A stretch of 64,000 nt of DNA, taken from positions 32,001 through 96,000 of the IMG/VR virus record IMGVR_UViG_3300036760_000306; one strand, given 5' to 3'. Position 1 is the first letter of the stretch. Each line of letters opens with the position of its first letter. Of this stretch, positions 18,239-27,399 are shown in pieces. The position numbers and the translations under genes were made by a program. Below the pieces are notes generated by a model. It was not told the DNA's origin and did no database searches. It saw only the letters and a list, made by a program, of their open reading frames with translations. The stretch is from a virus.

Positions 18239-20754
18239 CCCCCGAGGCCATTCTGGAGTCACAGCAGTTGGAAGCGGCGGAACGGGCTCTCGTTCAGAGG
18301 GTGGCCCAGCGCTACTTTGAAGGCTCTCGGACACTAGTGGGCGGTCGTCTAGCTCTTCCCATTAAAATGGCTAATGGTATCAATAACTGGGCCAAGGCAG
18401 TCTTTGGGGCCTGGGTTGTAGCGCACACTAAAAAAAGCCTTCTGACCGCTACAATGCCAAAAAGGCAAGCTGAACTTCAGAAGGTGCTCAACGCTGCCAA
18501 ACAAGATGCTAAAGGGCGGGCACCAGTCCCTCCCGATCAGGTGACCAAGACGTTTCGAGTGGCCCTCGATGATTTGCCGTCCGGGTATCCGGTAGACCGC
18601 ATGACGAAGATGCTGAGTGCGCTCCCAGTGACCCTGGACTTCACTGGGAAGCCCTACCCGCACGAGGGTGCTTACACGGCGGGTTACTTCGATGTTGAGT
18701 CTCGCGACCTTGTCTTACACCTTCATGGTACTCTGAACCCACCCTCTGATGTTACGGATTATCAATTCCGTCTAGGGGAGATGCAGACCGTTCTAGAGCA
18801 TGAACTACGGCATATGGTGCAAACCTTGCTTGGTGACGCCTTGGGGAAATCTATACTCAAGGATGACTGGGAAGTGGGCTCCCCTCACAGGTCGGACCCA
18901 GACCATGAGTTACTAAAGAAACACCCTGAGGATCAGTATTTCTTGGAGCCTTGGGAATTCCATACTTGGGTTGGACAGGCAAAAGATCTGTTTCTTAATC
19001 AAGTTAGCTTTCGTCCCGAGTACCTGAAAAAGCTCTATAGTGACGAGGAGGTGGTGCTGGAACCGACACGAAAAGAGTTCAATCTTTTCGTTGGTGATCC
19101 AAAGCCGACTCCAGCGGGAGTCCAGAATCAAGGGGTTTACACCTCTCCGTTTTTTGCGGCCTTGTGGCGGCACGATCGTAAACGTTGGCAAAGAGCGGTT
19201 GCCGAGTTATGGCAACAACTTTCATCGGAGCGGGCTCTCGTCCACAAGGTGGCTCAGCGCTACCTCGAAGCGACTGTCCCTCGGTACGTGTACCATTGGA
19301 CGAAAGCGAAGGCTCTACCCAGTATTTTAAGCAGGGGGCTTCTCCCCATGCCCTCCCCTGCCGCAGAAGGACGGGTTGTTTGGTTGTCAGCCAACCCTGA
19401 CAAATGGCGGGAGTTCGTGGAGAAGCAACACGAGGCACCTGGGAACGAAGCGGTACTACTACGCATCCCTGCAAGTGCAATTCCTGACTTGCAGGGATTG
19501 AAGCAGTCTCCGAACACCTTTGTCACAAACCGACGCATACCGCCAAGTGCTATTGAGGTCGTAACACCCAAGGAAGCGGCGACCGCAGCAAGGTTTAGGC
19601 GTCTGGCCCGTGAGGTACGGATCGTCATCGATCGTGATGCCACGCTTGTAGTCCGGGCCAAGCACCACGACACCTCGATAGTTGGAACCTTTGAATCAAC
19701 GGTCTCTCTGTACCGGATCTTTGACGGTGAAGAATTGGTGCGGTTGGCTCGATCAGGACGTTTCACCGGAGGCACCTACTCGGTTGGTTCAGAACGCGCC
19801 CACGGTGCTAGTTGGGGCGAGAACATCTCCGAGATAATCGGGTGGGGCAACCGTCAACGCGGTCACCGGCTTGGCGACGACTTGTTCTTGGCCAAGATCG
19901 ACGCTTCGGGCCGACGCTTTTACCACATGACCCCGGAGGTCGAGTTTCAACCTGAAGGTGAGTCCCTACAACCCGCCACCATGGATGTATCGAAGTGCAG
20001 CACCGGCCTTGGATGCAGTGTGGTCGATGTCCTGTTCAATGACGCGACGTTCTACCGCGTAGATCCGGGTGGGCAGATTGAACCGCTGTCCGATCAAGAA
20101 CTCCACAGCTACATGAAAGCACGGCCCCAGAAGGATGTGGATCTTCGAGCGGTCAGTCGCGTCATGCACTCCGGCACCATCTACGGGGTTGATGTTAATG
20201 TGGTGCTCGACCAAGAAGCACCCGATCACGAGCTACAGCCGCCATCCCCCTACTACCGCACTTGGTATGTAGAAGTGACGAGGGTGCCCGCCGAAGAGAC
20301 GGTGATCCTGAAGGGTGCCAAGACCCTAGAGCTTGCGGTCCATAAGGCTAAGAATCTCTTGAAGGGTACCACCGCTGATGATTGGCAGGGTGCTCGCCCT
20401 GTGTCCTTACTACCCAAGGCAGCCATGGATGTATGGCGCAAGCGTGAGCAGATCTGGCAGCAACGAGCCCGTTTGCAAAGAACGGCATCTGGGGGAGTAT
20501 CGACGGCAACCAACAGCTTCAATACTAAGCCAGGTAAACGGGTGACCCTGAGTGCCTATCACTCCCTCGCGGGTGACTTTGAAGGTGTAGCGGAATCCGC
20601 TGTGCCTTATGTGTACGCCCCCAAGAAGTTCAAAGAACTGGCTCCCACCATCTATGCAGCGGTGGCGAAATGGTTCAAGGGGGCACACGTCCGATATGCT
20701 GGGGATTCCTTTGCTAGCAATCCCATAGGGGAAGTCGAGGCGGCGCTGTGGTGA
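18235..20754 (+). CDS. Polyvalent multidomain protein: zincin peptidase plus ART-like domains separated by tag motifs
   Basis: HELRH zincin motif; YHWT..IL..GL..VWLS (Tpt1/KptA-like ART); LYR..GASW; ATG at 18235 overlaps the upstream stop. Confidence 0.75.
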   Translation: MTPEAILESQQLEAAERALVQRVAQRYFEGSRTLVGGRLALPIKMANGINNWAKAVFGAWVVAHTKKSLLTATMPKRQAELQKVLNAAKQDAKGRAPVPPDQVTKTFRVALDDLPSGYPVDRMTKMLSALPVTLDFTGKPYPHEGAYTAGYFDVESRDLVLHLHGTLNPPSDVTDYQFRLGEMQTVLEHELRHMVQTLLGDALGKSILKDDWEVGSPHRSDPDHELLKKHPEDQYFLEPWEFHTWVGQAKDLFLNQVSFRPEYLKKLYSDEEVVLEPTRKEFNLFVGDPKPTPAGVQNQGVYTSPFFAALWRHDRKRWQRAVAELWQQLSSERALVHKVAQRYLEATVPRYVYHWTKAKALPSILSRGLLPMPSPAAEGRVVWLSANPDKWREFVEKQHEAPGNEAVLLRIPASAIPDLQGLKQSPNTFVTNRRIPPSAIEVVTPKEAATAARFRRLAREVRIVIDRDATLVVRAKHHDTSIVGTFESTVSLYRIFDGEELVRLARSGRFTGGTYSVGSERAHGASWGENISEIIGWGNRQRGHRLGDDLFLAKIDASGRRFYHMTPEVEFQPEGESLQPATMDVSKCSTGLGCSVVDVLFNDATFYRVDPGGQIEPLSDQELHSYMKARPQKDVDLRAVSRVMHSGTIYGVDVNVVLDQEAPDHELQPPSPYYRTWYVEVTRVPAEETVILKGAKTLELAVHKAKNLLKGTTADDWQGARPVSLLPKAAMDVWRKREQIWQQRARLQRTASGGVSTATNSFNTKPGKRVTLSAYHSLAGDFEGVAESAVPYVYAPKKFKELAPTIYAAVAKWFKGAHVRYAGDSFASNPIGEVEAALW

Positions 20755-23700
20755 TCCAAGCACGAGTAGCAGAGCGCTTCGTTAGGGTGTCGGCGTACTC
20801 CGAAGACACCCTAGAGGTTGTTGCGGCCGGTCTTGCTCTACTGATCGCACAGAACTACATCGTCACCAATCCCTTCTTCGATGAGAAGGAGATCCGAACC
20901 TACCTGCTGTTGCGCAAGCAGTTCCACGGGGACTTCGTTCAAGCGTGCCTGGACCTGGCGAATGCCTTTGAAGAGGGCCAGTTCGGGCAGAGCGTGCAAC
21001 CGGCTGTCCCAGCTCTACGGGCTATTGGGCATCTTGGGGTCAAGCAGGATCAGCAAGCGATCCGACAACTCGCGAGAGCATTCCGAGGACTCAAGCACCT
21101 CAAGTACAAGGATGTCGAGAACCCGAAGCTCATGCGGCTCATCCTGATGGCCCGCAGACTTGATGTCACCGCCCCGATCGACGCATGGTCGTCCGGTGGC
21201 AGGGATATCAAGGATTTCCTGGAGAACCTGGTCAAGATCCCAGCAGTGCCCACGAGGCTCCGAACACTTCTTCGTAAAGTCATTAAGATGCCTGTGCCCG
21301 GCAGTACACTCACCGAGAACGCCAATCCGGGTGCTTGGTTTGAGATGCCTGCTGAGGAGAAGCAGAATCTTCGGGAGTTGACTGAGAAAGTTGAACAAGA
21401 GCAGCTTGACATCTGGGAGAAGCACAAAGACTCGGATGCCAATGAGCGCATGGCCGCTTACCAGAGTGCGGCTCGACGGCTCCAGAAGATTCAGAGCATC
21501 GCGGGTGTGAACGTTGGGATCATCAAACGCGAGGATAAGGTCCCGCTCGATGCCTTGCTGAAGAAAGAGTCGGGGCTCGAAACCGATGGGCCTACCGAGT
21601 ACACGCGACTCAAGCTTGAGGACTATATCAAGAAGATGGGTACCTACGGTGCCCAACGGAAAGAAGGCGACCCCCTTCCTCGTGAGATCAGCAAGCTGCT
21701 GACCAGCCTTCGTAAGGCTAAGACGTTCCCAACGATGCAGCGCGTGATCAAAGACGCGGTGGATCGTCAAGTGCTGGGCCGTGGGGCTGTCGAGGACGTG
21801 GACCAAATCCTCAAGCAGGCGAACAAGAACCGGGCGTTGAAAGAGGGCAAGCCCCTTACGCCACTTCAGTTCAGCCCACAAACATTGGAGCAGTTCAAGG
21901 CAGCGCACGACACGGGACCTGTGGAGTTCGACCCTGACTTCACGGAAGACGAGAAGCAGCAGTTGCTGGGCCGGGTTTCACGGGCCATCAGTGACTTGGA
22001 GGGTGTCTACGGGGAGGGCTTCTGCGGTAAGCATGCCAAGAAACTCGCGTTCCGTTTCAACAAAGGGTACAGCGGGATGGCATCCGCTCACTACTTCACG
22101 TGGGACGATCGCAAAACGTGGCAACCCAGGGTGACGTTCGGTCCGGAGTACGAAGGACTCTTGGCTCACGAGCTGTCGCACTACCTTGAGGACTTGCTGG
22201 CGTACCAGATCCAGAAGCAGACTGAACCTGAGCGTATCGAGGCCCTCAAGATCAAAGGGATCGAGGGCGGCCCGGGTGTTCTGTTTTCCAACACAGGCGT
22301 ACCCTTGAGTCGCTTCGCTGAGGCGGGTTCCCTGGCGAGCTATCGGGACCACCTGGGCAAGACGATCCCAGAGTTCGTTGATTTCATCGACGCTGTACTG
22401 GCCACACCGGACTACAAGCGCTGGGAGGACAAGCTTGGATCGGCTTACGACTCAGCGCTGCCCAAGGCGATCAAGGCGCTGACCGGCATGAACTATTACG
22501 ACCTGCCCAAAGATCACCCGTATTACAGTCTGATCGACAAAGCACGGTACCGCTCTGATCTACCGCCGGAAGTAAACGCCGAGGCACAGAAGCAGTACAA
22601 GGCTATGATGGGCGGCGACGATCGCAAGCTCAGTTACTACAACAGCTCCACCGAGGTTTGGGCCCGGATGTGCGAGCAGTACGTATACAACCGGCTTATC
22701 GACGCGGGGATCTCAAATCCGTGGCTCACTCAGATGAACTACGAGGATGATGTTTTCATGGACGAGAAGACCTTCGATACCAAGCTACGTCCTATCATGG
22801 ACAAGATCTTTGCCAAGCTGAAAGGCCGTAAGCTTATTGCAGGAGTTCCGATGAGCCCCCTACGTGAACGACTAGCGGACCGCTTCCTACTCGTGGCCCG
22901 AGTGGCGGCCCGCTACAAAGAGGCAAAGTACAAGAGCAAAAAAGTAGTGCCCAAAGCCAGCGGCAAAGGCACTACTGAGGTGTTGGTCTACTCGGATCGG
23001 CAGATAGCCCTACGTAAAAGCAAGAAAAGCAAGCGCCTTCAGAAGCTCAGTGGGCACATCGACAAGATGATGGCCAAGGTCAAGAAGGACTTGACCTCTA
23101 GTGATCAGAAGACTGCACGTGTTGCGCTCGCCATAATGTTGATTAATGAAACGTACGAGCGCGTTGGAAATGATACGAGTGCTGCGGGCGAGAACTCAGA
23201 CACGGATTCCACCCCGCACCTTGGGGTGACCGGGTGGTCAAAAAAGAACATCAAGTTCACGGGCGGTAAAGCCAAGATCTCCTACCGTGGCAAGAGTTCT
23301 GTAGACCATGTGAAAATCGTGGAAGACCCGGCGACGGTCAAGGCACTCAAAAAAGCCTATGACGAATGTGAAGGGGACAAGGACTGCATCTTCCACTGGG
23401 CAGATGGGAAAGTCACGGCCAAAGAAGTCAACGAGGAGTTACGATCCTTTGGGGATTTGACTGCCAAGGATTTGAGGGGGTGGCACGCCAACAGGCTCAT
23501 GAAAGAAGAGCTGGCTAAGGTACGAAAAGGCAAGCTACCCGAGGATAAGAAGGAGCGGGAGAAAAAGCTCAAGGATGAGTGGAAGAAAGCCTTGGAGGTC
23601 ACGGCGGAGGAAATCCAGCACGAACCTGGCACCCTTCAGGGACAATACCTGGTAGACTCAATGCGTGAACAATACCTGAAGGACGGTACCATAATCGAAC

Positions 23701-23933
23701 GTTTGGATAAGACCGCCATGCTTGACAACTGCGTAATTGACAGCCCCGCATCGGTCTTTGACCAAGTTGGGATCAAGCGGGGTGACCATTACACGATCAC
23801 CTGTGATGGTTGCGGAGCTGTGACTCGTTGTCGTTGTGATGGACCTAGAATTGAGGCTCACGTTCCTTCGTGTCCCGAGTGTGCCCCGAGTGCTCTTTCT
23901 GTCCGCTATCAAGTCTCAGAAGGTGCTGGGTAG
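20748..23933 (+). CDS. Polyvalent protein: LPD1-like zincin fused to DNA topoisomerase IB and a C-terminal Cys-rich module
   Basis: AHELSH and EVWARMCE; topoisomerase IB catalytic set ERVGN, RGKS, KDLR, QH, QYL. Confidence 0.85.
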   Translation: MVIQARVAERFVRVSAYSEDTLEVVAAGLALLIAQNYIVTNPFFDEKEIRTYLLLRKQFHGDFVQACLDLANAFEEGQFGQSVQPAVPALRAIGHLGVKQDQQAIRQLARAFRGLKHLKYKDVENPKLMRLILMARRLDVTAPIDAWSSGGRDIKDFLENLVKIPAVPTRLRTLLRKVIKMPVPGSTLTENANPGAWFEMPAEEKQNLRELTEKVEQEQLDIWEKHKDSDANERMAAYQSAARRLQKIQSIAGVNVGIIKREDKVPLDALLKKESGLETDGPTEYTRLKLEDYIKKMGTYGAQRKEGDPLPREISKLLTSLRKAKTFPTMQRVIKDAVDRQVLGRGAVEDVDQILKQANKNRALKEGKPLTPLQFSPQTLEQFKAAHDTGPVEFDPDFTEDEKQQLLGRVSRAISDLEGVYGEGFCGKHAKKLAFRFNKGYSGMASAHYFTWDDRKTWQPRVTFGPEYEGLLAHELSHYLEDLLAYQIQKQTEPERIEALKIKGIEGGPGVLFSNTGVPLSRFAEAGSLASYRDHLGKTIPEFVDFIDAVLATPDYKRWEDKLGSAYDSALPKAIKALTGMNYYDLPKDHPYYSLIDKARYRSDLPPEVNAEAQKQYKAMMGGDDRKLSYYNSSTEVWARMCEQYVYNRLIDAGISNPWLTQMNYEDDVFMDEKTFDTKLRPIMDKIFAKLKGRKLIAGVPMSPLRERLADRFLLVARVAARYKEAKYKSKKVVPKASGKGTTEVLVYSDRQIALRKSKKSKRLQKLSGHIDKMMAKVKKDLTSSDQKTARVALAIMLINETYERVGNDTSAAGENSDTDSTPHLGVTGWSKKNIKFTGGKAKISYRGKSSVDHVKIVEDPATVKALKKAYDECEGDKDCIFHWADGKVTAKEVNEELRSFGDLTAKDLRGWHANRLMKEELAKVRKGKLPEDKKEREKKLKDEWKKALEVTAEEIQHEPGTLQGQYLVDSMREQYLKDGTIIERLDKTAMLDNCVIDSPASVFDQVGIKRGDHYTITCDGCGAVTRCRCDGPRIEAHVPSCPECAPSALSVRYQVSEGAG

Positions 23934-23968
23934 GGAGGTTAAGGAGATGCTCCTTGGTGAACCGGGGA

Positions 23969-24136
23969 ATGGCGTCCAAAGTCCTGACTCGTTACCTCAC
24001 GGCCAGGGATGACCAAGGGGTGCATCGTTGGTCCGAAGAGGACCGGCGAAAAGCCAGTGAAGTTGAAAAAGAACTCAAACAGCTAAAGCAGACTATCGGT
24101 AAGCTTGCATCCGACCTTTTGCGGCTAGACCGCTAG
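23969..24136 (+). CDS. Small tagged protein
   Basis: MASKVLTRYLTA. Confidence 0.55.
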   Translation: MASKVLTRYLTARDDQGVHRWSEEDRRKASEVEKELKQLKQTIGKLASDLLRLDR

Positions 24137-24169
24137 ACAGTCGTTTTCTAGTTATGCGCAACCTCAGGC

Positions 24170-24382
24170 ATGACCAACAAAAAGAAGATGCTCTTGGCCG
24201 GTGTGTTGCTCCTACTGGGTGGCGCTGCCGCAGCGTACAAGCCCGTGGCCTCTACCGCGAAGGCAAAGGAAGCCTGCAAAGATCTGCCGTCGTGTCAGGC
24301 AAGTTGTAGCAGCCCCTGTTTTTGCAACAGGTCCTGCTTCATCACTTGGTGCTGGGGGCCGTGGTACTGTCAGTGCGGCTGA
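24170..24382 (+). CDS. Secreted Cys-rich peptide
   Basis: KKK plus hydrophobic signal peptide; 9 Cys in the C-terminal half. Confidence 0.65.
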   Translation: MTNKKKMLLAGVLLLLGGAAAAYKPVASTAKAKEACKDLPSCQASCSSPCFCNRSCFITWCWGPWYCQCG

Positions 24383-24392
24383 TCAGTCGCAC

Positions 24393-24710
24393 CTAGAACT
24401 CATCGCATTTGATGGGGCAGCTCGGGCCGCGTGGGGAGGCCCCGCAGGTTGGGCACGGGCTCTGTGGCTTGACGTAATCAGGTACAGTGTGAACCGGGGC
24501 TGAGGCTTCGACCCACACGACCCTGGTCTTGTCGTCATGTCCGTGGATCGCCACCACGTCATCGATGGTGGCGTACATACCCATGGAGGATCGCTTGGCG
24601 AGCCAGTGGATCACGCATTCGCGATTCGTGAACTCAACACCTTCGGCAACAACACCTGTGCCGCTGACGCCTGAGGAATCTTCGTCACGATGAAGCTGAA
24701 AGAGCCGCAT
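24393..24710 (-). CDS. Phage-type hypothetical protein
   Basis: F.L.R.ED.SGVSGTG.VAEG.EF...HGH pattern. Confidence 0.7.
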   Translation of the reverse strand: MRLFQLHRDEDSSGVSGTGVVAEGVEFTNRECVIHWLAKRSSMGMYATIDDVVAIHGHDDKTRVVWVEASAPVHTVPDYVKPQSPCPTCGASPRGPSCPIKCDEF

Positions 24711-24715
24711 TTGGA

Positions 24716-25666
24716 TTACTCCTGGATACGAGTCGAACCGCACCCGCACACAACCTCAGCATAACTATAGAAGGCTCCGCAATCGGCGCATTCAAGAGGA
24801 AACGAGGCAGGCATATAGTTGCGGACCGGGACATCGATCTTCAGGTTCTTTGGCTGCCCAACTATAACTAGCTCGTTGACCTTCCCTCGCTTGTCTCCCT
24901 TCGAGTTGACGTTACGCTTAGCGCCCACGGTGTGCAAAGCAAAGCCTTCATACAATTCGTGCACAAGAGGAGCATCCGAGTTTGACTGCACGCACATGAC
25001 CCCGCGATCCACAAGCTTACGGAACAGCTCGGCAAGTTCCCGTTGTTCGTCAGGCCCAAACTGCCCTGCGTAGGCTGTGAAACTGGCGGTTTCCGAGACG
25101 GGTACGTAGGGCGGATCAAAGTACACGAGATCCCCAGCTTGGGCATCATGCACTGCCTCAGCGAATCCGCCGACCCGTAGGGTGGCAAAGCGTTGAAGGG
25201 TCTCTTGGCACGCCTCAATGTTGTGGCGGTCGTAGAGGCTGGGGTTGTCGTACTTACCGTAGGGGGCGTTGAACTTCCCCGAGCGGTTGACCCGGTAGAG
25301 GCCGTTGAAGCACGTCCGGTTCAGGTAGAGGGTGCGGGCCGCCTTCTCGACTGGATCCTCGTACTCCACCGCACGGATTCGCTTGAACTGCTGTTCCGTG
25401 TTCCAGTCCTGGTCTAGCTTGTATTGGTCAAGACGACGCAGTAGCTCTGGGAGTTGGTCGCGGACCACTTGATAGCAGTTGATCAGCTCGGGGTTGAAGT
25501 CGTTGAGTATGGCTTGGCGGAAACGCCGCCGGTCGGCGAAGTGGAAGAACACTGCTCCGCCACCTACGAAGGGCTCGTAAAAAGTCAGACTCTTGTGGGT
25601 AATGAGCTTGGAGAGCTTACCCAGTAACTGTGTCTTACCGCCAACATATTTAACGAATGGCTTCAA
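24716..25666 (-). CDS. dam: DNA adenine methyltransferase, Dam family
   Basis: KYVGGK, EPFVGGG, CFNGLYRVN, YFDPPY. Confidence 0.92.
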   Translation of the reverse strand: MKPFVKYVGGKTQLLGKLSKLITHKSLTFYEPFVGGGAVFFHFADRRRFRQAILNDFNPELINCYQVVRDQLPELLRRLDQYKLDQDWNTEQQFKRIRAVEYEDPVEKAARTLYLNRTCFNGLYRVNRSGKFNAPYGKYDNPSLYDRHNIEACQETLQRFATLRVGGFAEAVHDAQAGDLVYFDPPYVPVSETASFTAYAGQFGPDEQRELAELFRKLVDRGVMCVQSNSDAPLVHELYEGFALHTVGAKRNVNSKGDKRGKVNELVIVGQPKNLKIDVPVRNYMPASFPLECADCGAFYSYAEVVCGCGSTRIQE

Positions 25667-25757
25667 CGTCTTGCTCCGTGCTTAATCCTACTGATCTGTG
25701 AGTCCCGGACGCCGAATCGAATAGCTAGTTCCTTTCCTGGTAGAGTGCTTGCACGGA

Positions 25758-25946
25758 TTAGTGCAACATATATTCAGTCTGAAGCAACAAATTCCTATGC
25801 TTCCCACCCCTAAGAACTGCGAGATGTGTGTGGTACCGGTTGCGTAAGCGTTTTCCGTTACCGATGTACCGCCGCCCATTCACATGGTTTACGATCGCGT
25901 AAATGCCAGGACTCAACGCGAGATTGTTAGGGACTTCAAATCTCAT
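25758..25946 (-). pseudogene. Truncated GIY-YIG endonuclease
   Basis: GIYAIVNHVNGRRYIG..L..R...H...L..GKH.N..LQ, then early stop. Confidence 0.7.
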
Positions 25947-26324
25947 TCACTCGTCCTCAGCATCTGCCAACGTCTCGGCCTCAGCGGTCACGGCCTGAAG
26001 GAAGTCTTGGAAGAAAGACTGCCAGGCGAGTACCACGGGGATTTCCCCACGCTCTTTGCTCCACGCCTCGTAGGCACTGATGACCCCTGGGCCCACCGCT
26101 TGAAAGAACAGGGCACGTAAGTGGTTGTCGGTAGCAAGGGACCGCTTCAGGACGGTCTGGGCAGCCGTCAGAAACAACGCCGTGGAGTCACCCCCGACTT
26201 CGCAGCCCTTCTCGAAAGCATCCTTCGTGAGGGCCAACAGGGCCTCTTGGGCTTGCGCTGGTGGGATGCTGGCCGCCACCATGAGCTGGTACGCGGGGTC
26301 GAAAGTGGGGAGGTCAGTGTTCAT
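25947..26324 (-). CDS. Hypothetical protein
   Basis: ORF track. Confidence 0.6.
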   Translation of the reverse strand: MNTDLPTFDPAYQLMVAASIPPAQAQEALLALTKDAFEKGCEVGGDSTALFLTAAQTVLKRSLATDNHLRALFFQAVGPGVISAYEAWSKERGEIPVVLAWQSFFQDFLQAVTAEAETLADAEDE

Positions 26325-26391
26325 CGAGGGCCTCGAAAATGGCGAGGTCTTGTGATCGTCTCAGGGCCAACAGGAGGTAAGGCTAGTACGG

Positions 26392-27018
26392 TTAGCATCT
26401 GGACATCTTTCGCATTGGTGCATAGGTCATCCTATGTGCTGGGCTTGGGCCTAAACTAGTTAGTCCAGTTAGATGCTTAGTTGTACCGTACCCGGCAGAA
26501 CTTGATAAGTCGTACCCAGGGTATTGACGATCTAGCTCATCCATAATCCTATCATGTTGGACCTTGGCCACAATTGACGCTGCTCCAACGACTTGAAGTA
26601 GTGCATCTGCCTTTGGTAACGTGTAGGAGCCTAAGACGCTGCGTATACCGTCAATAATGCACAGAGGCGTTTCTGTTACCCCTTGCTTGGAGTGCTCCGC
26701 TAATGCCCCAGTGATTGCCCTGGAATGCGCTTCTACGAATGCTCGACCAGCCCCAAGTGAATCAAATTCATCCGCATACATGTGTACTACGTGATAGGTA
26801 ATCGATTTGATGAGCTGCGGGTATAGGTACTCACGAGCTGTGCGGGTCAACTTCTTGGAATCTGTGACCCCAGGCATGCTCCAACTTCTTGGCGCAATAG
26901 CGGCACACACGGAAAGCGGACCTGCCCAGCTCCCCAAACCCACTTCATCACTACCAAGGATAAATTGATGGGTCTCAATCTTGGCTTGAAGCAATGGTGG
27001 GATCAGGGGTGGTGTCAT
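26392..27018 (-). CDS. rnhB: Ribonuclease HII
   Basis: GSDEVG.G..AGP, DSKKL, IDG, KAD, AASIVAKV, GYGT..H. Confidence 0.92.
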   Translation of the reverse strand: MTPPLIPPLLQAKIETHQFILGSDEVGLGSWAGPLSVCAAIAPRSWSMPGVTDSKKLTRTAREYLYPQLIKSITYHVVHMYADEFDSLGAGRAFVEAHSRAITGALAEHSKQGVTETPLCIIDGIRSVLGSYTLPKADALLQVVGAASIVAKVQHDRIMDELDRQYPGYDLSSSAGYGTTKHLTGLTSLGPSPAHRMTYAPMRKMSRC

Positions 27019-27049
27019 ACCTACCTATACACCGAAGCAATCTGGAGTG

Positions 27050-27379
27050 TCACCGGAGGCCATGGAGTAACCTGTCTACCCGCTCGGGTTCTCGTTTCCT
27101 GAGTTCCGCTTCGACTCGGCTGTAGAACGTGGCCCGGTTCAGCATCCGGTGCCGCACGGTGGAGATCAGGCCCCCGCCCATCCGGAGGGCGCTGAAGGTG
27201 ATGGTCAAGAACGAAACCATCGCCAGCGTGCTCAGGCGTTCGACCTGGAGCTTGGCGAGGATTAGGTCCGCATCGGGCGCGAGTTCCCCAAGCTCAGGGC
27301 TCATTCTCTCGTAGATGGCATCGACCAACGAGTCGTCGGACCCTTGCCACGTGTAAATCGTCTCAACCCACTCATCCAT
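27050..27379 (-). CDS. Hypothetical protein
   Basis: GGTGTA 10 nt upstream. Confidence 0.7.
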   Translation of the reverse strand: MDEWVETIYTWQGSDDSLVDAIYERMSPELGELAPDADLILAKLQVERLSTLAMVSFLTITFSALRMGGGLISTVRHRMLNRATFYSRVEAELRKREPERVDRLLHGLR

Positions 27380-27399
27380 GGGGCGAGACTACACCAGAA

